Below are positions 47,901 through 50,471 of a stretch of DNA of 50,471 nt, piece by piece. The stretch lies in assembly GCA_010015585.1 (NCBI GenBank), contig ML975152.1, one strand, 5' to 3'. A model generated the notes under the pieces. That model saw only the letters and a list, made by a program, of their open reading frames with translations. It was not told where the DNA came from and made no database searches. How positions within the stretch are numbered: the first letter of the stretch is position 1; the number at the start of each line of letters is the position of its first letter. A program made the translations under genes and the position numbers. This DNA is from Eremomyces bilateralis CBS 781.70. Taxonomy: Eukaryota.

Positions 47901-49726
47901 CTCGCAGCTTCGGCGACTTATCTTTTGGTCCTCTAGTAACTAGACTTGGGAGCTTCGGGAACTTGAAGTTTGAACATTTTTTCAATGATTATAATTTTTG
48001 GGTATTCCTTTAGCGCGCAACAGCCAAGGGAGCTACCTATTGCTATGGGTTGTTCAACCTGGAGCTTAAGCCGGTCGGACCTATCATTTGTGGCGACTAC
48101 TATGCCGAAGTAGAGTGGAACACGAACCGTTTTGACCTTTATGGAGACTCGGCTCGAGAATGGTAACGGAGATACGGAATAAGTTCCAGAGCTTTCGGCC
48201 TTTCGATGGGATCAGAAATGCATCCCTATTACTCCGTACCCTTGGACAGACAGGTGAATGGATAGTATTACAAGCAACGCCTCGCTTCATGTTGTGCGAC
48301 ACCCCTCCCTCGGTCCTTCCCCTCTCACTACAACAAGCCCTGATGGACGGGACTGTTGCGCGTGCGCGAATAGGATCATCCATAAAATGCATGTCGTAAC
48401 TTGGTAACCTGTAAGCGAGCCGATGCTCTGCGGTTCATGCTTGAGCTGATTGGAGCCGACGACACAATTCGCTAAGAGAAAGGTTGCCCATCGTTCCTGT
48501 TGGGCATTATTAGCATTGATACTTGAACCGATCAAACGTGGCTCCTCAGCCGAGTAGATTTATGGTACTCTATCGCATCGGACTTCTCGAAGGATCCCGG
48601 AGACTTAGAGTCTGCGCGATAGCAGATTTGAAAGTCGCCACAGCTGGACGATCGCGTGGATGCAGATCAAGAGGTATCTCCCGTGTCTGTGAAGTATGAT
48701 CCCACTAACATCCCGGTTGCTACCCCAGATGTGGAACGACTAGCGAAGGACTAAGTATTGTTTCGTTGTGGCGCGGCTATTCGGACTGTCCACATCACGC
48801 TGCTGTGCATCCACTGCCACCTTTTGCTCTTACAATAGGAAGATCGCCACGACCATCACTTCCCAACACAGATTGAACTTCACAAAATGACGAGGCCTTT
48901 TAGGTGATTACAAGCTTGCAGTTGCACGAGACAAGTTTCGATCCAACTTTCGACTTCTGCTGTTAGGCGGTGCCCTCGCCCGGTTTAAGTGTGGAGGGAC
49001 AATGGCGTCAGTGGCGTTGTAATCCCAAAGAGGCACATTGCGTATTTACCATACCCCATTTACATAGTATACGCCTTGAATCGGACCTGAGTGTACAGAT
49101 CGAATAAAAGGAATAAAGGGAGTCCTGGTGAATAGCCTGGCGGTGAACAAGCTGATCATAACTGAATTTTCAGCCCTATAATTTCCAAATATGAATGTGG
49201 TTTGTGTAGGGCAGCTTTGGGCTTCCCGAATAAGCCCCACGTGACACGGTCTGAATGCGCAAGGTCTGCGATTACCAAGTTCCATTAATCTAAACTGAAG
49301 AGAGAGGGAGAAGAAATCTCCCGGCACCTTTGTGCGCGAGATAGCGACTCTCCTCTCCAATGCCCTAATGCTGTGTTACCATGTTTGTTTGCTTCTCTGA
49401 TATAATCCACCAGCCACGTCTTCAGCCACAACCAAGGGAACAGGCCGCAGGCCTGGGACCATAACACCACGTTCGGAATTACTGGGTAACGCTAACATCA
49501 CGAGACGAGACCGGATATTCCAGCGCCTGAACCGTAGACTGGTAAAATTGTGTGACGGTAGGGAAAACATCTAATTCTATCTGATATTCCATCCCAATTC
49601 GATCTCAGTTAGGCTTAGGCGGTCCAGCTTCCACCAATCACGTTCGGCGGACACAATGGCTTATCAGATTAGCGAATTAGGGTATTAGGGTTAATGGCTC
49701 GAAGTCACGTGATATTGGACTTTGAA

Positions 49727-49785
49727 GCTCCTTTCACACCCTGCTGTGCTCCATTCACACCCGTACCCCGCTCCATTTACACCCT
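49727..49785. repeat. Degenerate 21-22 bp direct repeat x3 (GCTCCWTTYACACCC core)
   Basis: gctcctttcacaccc at 49727, gctccattcacaccc at 49748, gctccatttacaccc at 49770. Confidence 0.7.
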
Positions 49786-50150
49786 ACCTGGTCACATGAC
49801 ATACCAATCCCTTAGAATATCTGATGCAGATGGGCAAATATAAGGTATTTGAGACTCCCCTATATAGGGAGGTACATCTACATGGTGCTAGGAGTAGTAT
49901 CATGTAGTGGGGGCTACTTGACGAAGCTGAGATCTGCCTAGAAGAGGCAGAAAGATGAAAAGCTTGGAAACGGCATAAGCAGGGCGAAGATGAAATAGGG
50001 AATTACGATCGACATTAGCAGAGCAAGATTCAGCGTGTTTCTTTCATAGGCTCTATGGCCTTAAGAGATGCATCAACTCATCAACAACGATAACGAGGAC
50101 AAGAACGAGGACGAGGACGTATTTGAGACATCAATTCCAGTTTCCAGAAT

Positions 50151-50471
50151 ATGCAATCGAGCTCGGTAGATGAGGAGATACGCAAAGCTCTTAAGCCGCT
50201 TCAGAACGGTCTTGAGAATGTCTTTTACAATACAATATCTGGAGCATTCTCTCGACTCCGCGAGCGCGACCTCTCCGATAACTCTCAGCATAATCAGAAC
50301 GAGATCCCGCCGCAGGATACCCTACATTCGCGTTCTAGCCTAGAAGAGTGGCTAGAAAGACCTTTTTCTCCGCCTGGCTTATGCTCCGAGGCCACTACAG
50401 CGCTCCGAGAACAGGTTCTGGAAGGCCGACAGAAGCAAGTCCCGCTTAAGGAGCTTCAATCTCTAAAGTCC
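50151..50471 (+). CDS. Possible 5' end of a hypothetical protein running off the window
   Basis: ATG at 50151 opens 107 stop-free codons to the edge (MQSSSVDEEIRKALKPLQNGLENVFYNTISGAFSRLRE...). A motif-dense promoter-like region lies upstream. No family recognised. Confidence 0.4.
   Translation, partial: MQSSSVDEEIRKALKPLQNGLENVFYNTISGAFSRLRERDLSDNSQHNQNEIPPQDTLHSRSSLEEWLERPFSPPGLCSEATTALREQVLEGRQKQVPLKELQSLKS

Noticed and set aside
49677..49693. TTAGGG copies as a telomere or interstitial telomeric repeat
   Set aside because: Only two non-adjacent copies.

Overview
Eukaryotic genomic DNA from a filamentous ascomycete (Pezizomycotina-type). The evidence is short 50-70 nt GT-AG introns with CTRAC branch points and fungal housekeeping genes. 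I reconstructed 18 complete protein-coding genes, most of them spliced, plus two possible edge-truncated ORFs. In order: a 14-TM drug/toxin MFS exporter, a large disordered protein with an N-myristoylation motif, an IZH3-like PAQR, RPS19, a Cys-rich single-pass membrane protein, a BEM3-like PX-PH-RhoGAP, a hexapeptide O-acetyltransferase with a hydrophobic C-terminal extension, ATP11, an NmrA-like oxidoreductase, PEX10, a 91-aa protein, a DUF2293-like protein, a sugar porter, an ADP-ribosylglycohydrolase with a GC-AG intron, PRE4, a HAD hydrolase and an RRM+YTH protein. I could not support any tRNA, rRNA, CRISPR array, transposon or biosynthetic gene cluster. No clearly novel multi-gene system is visible. 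The best leads are the long, structured intron splitting the YTH domain (possible autoregulation), the apparently tail-anchored acetyltransferase, and the intact ADP-ribosylhydrolase. Family assignments come from recalled motifs, not database searches.
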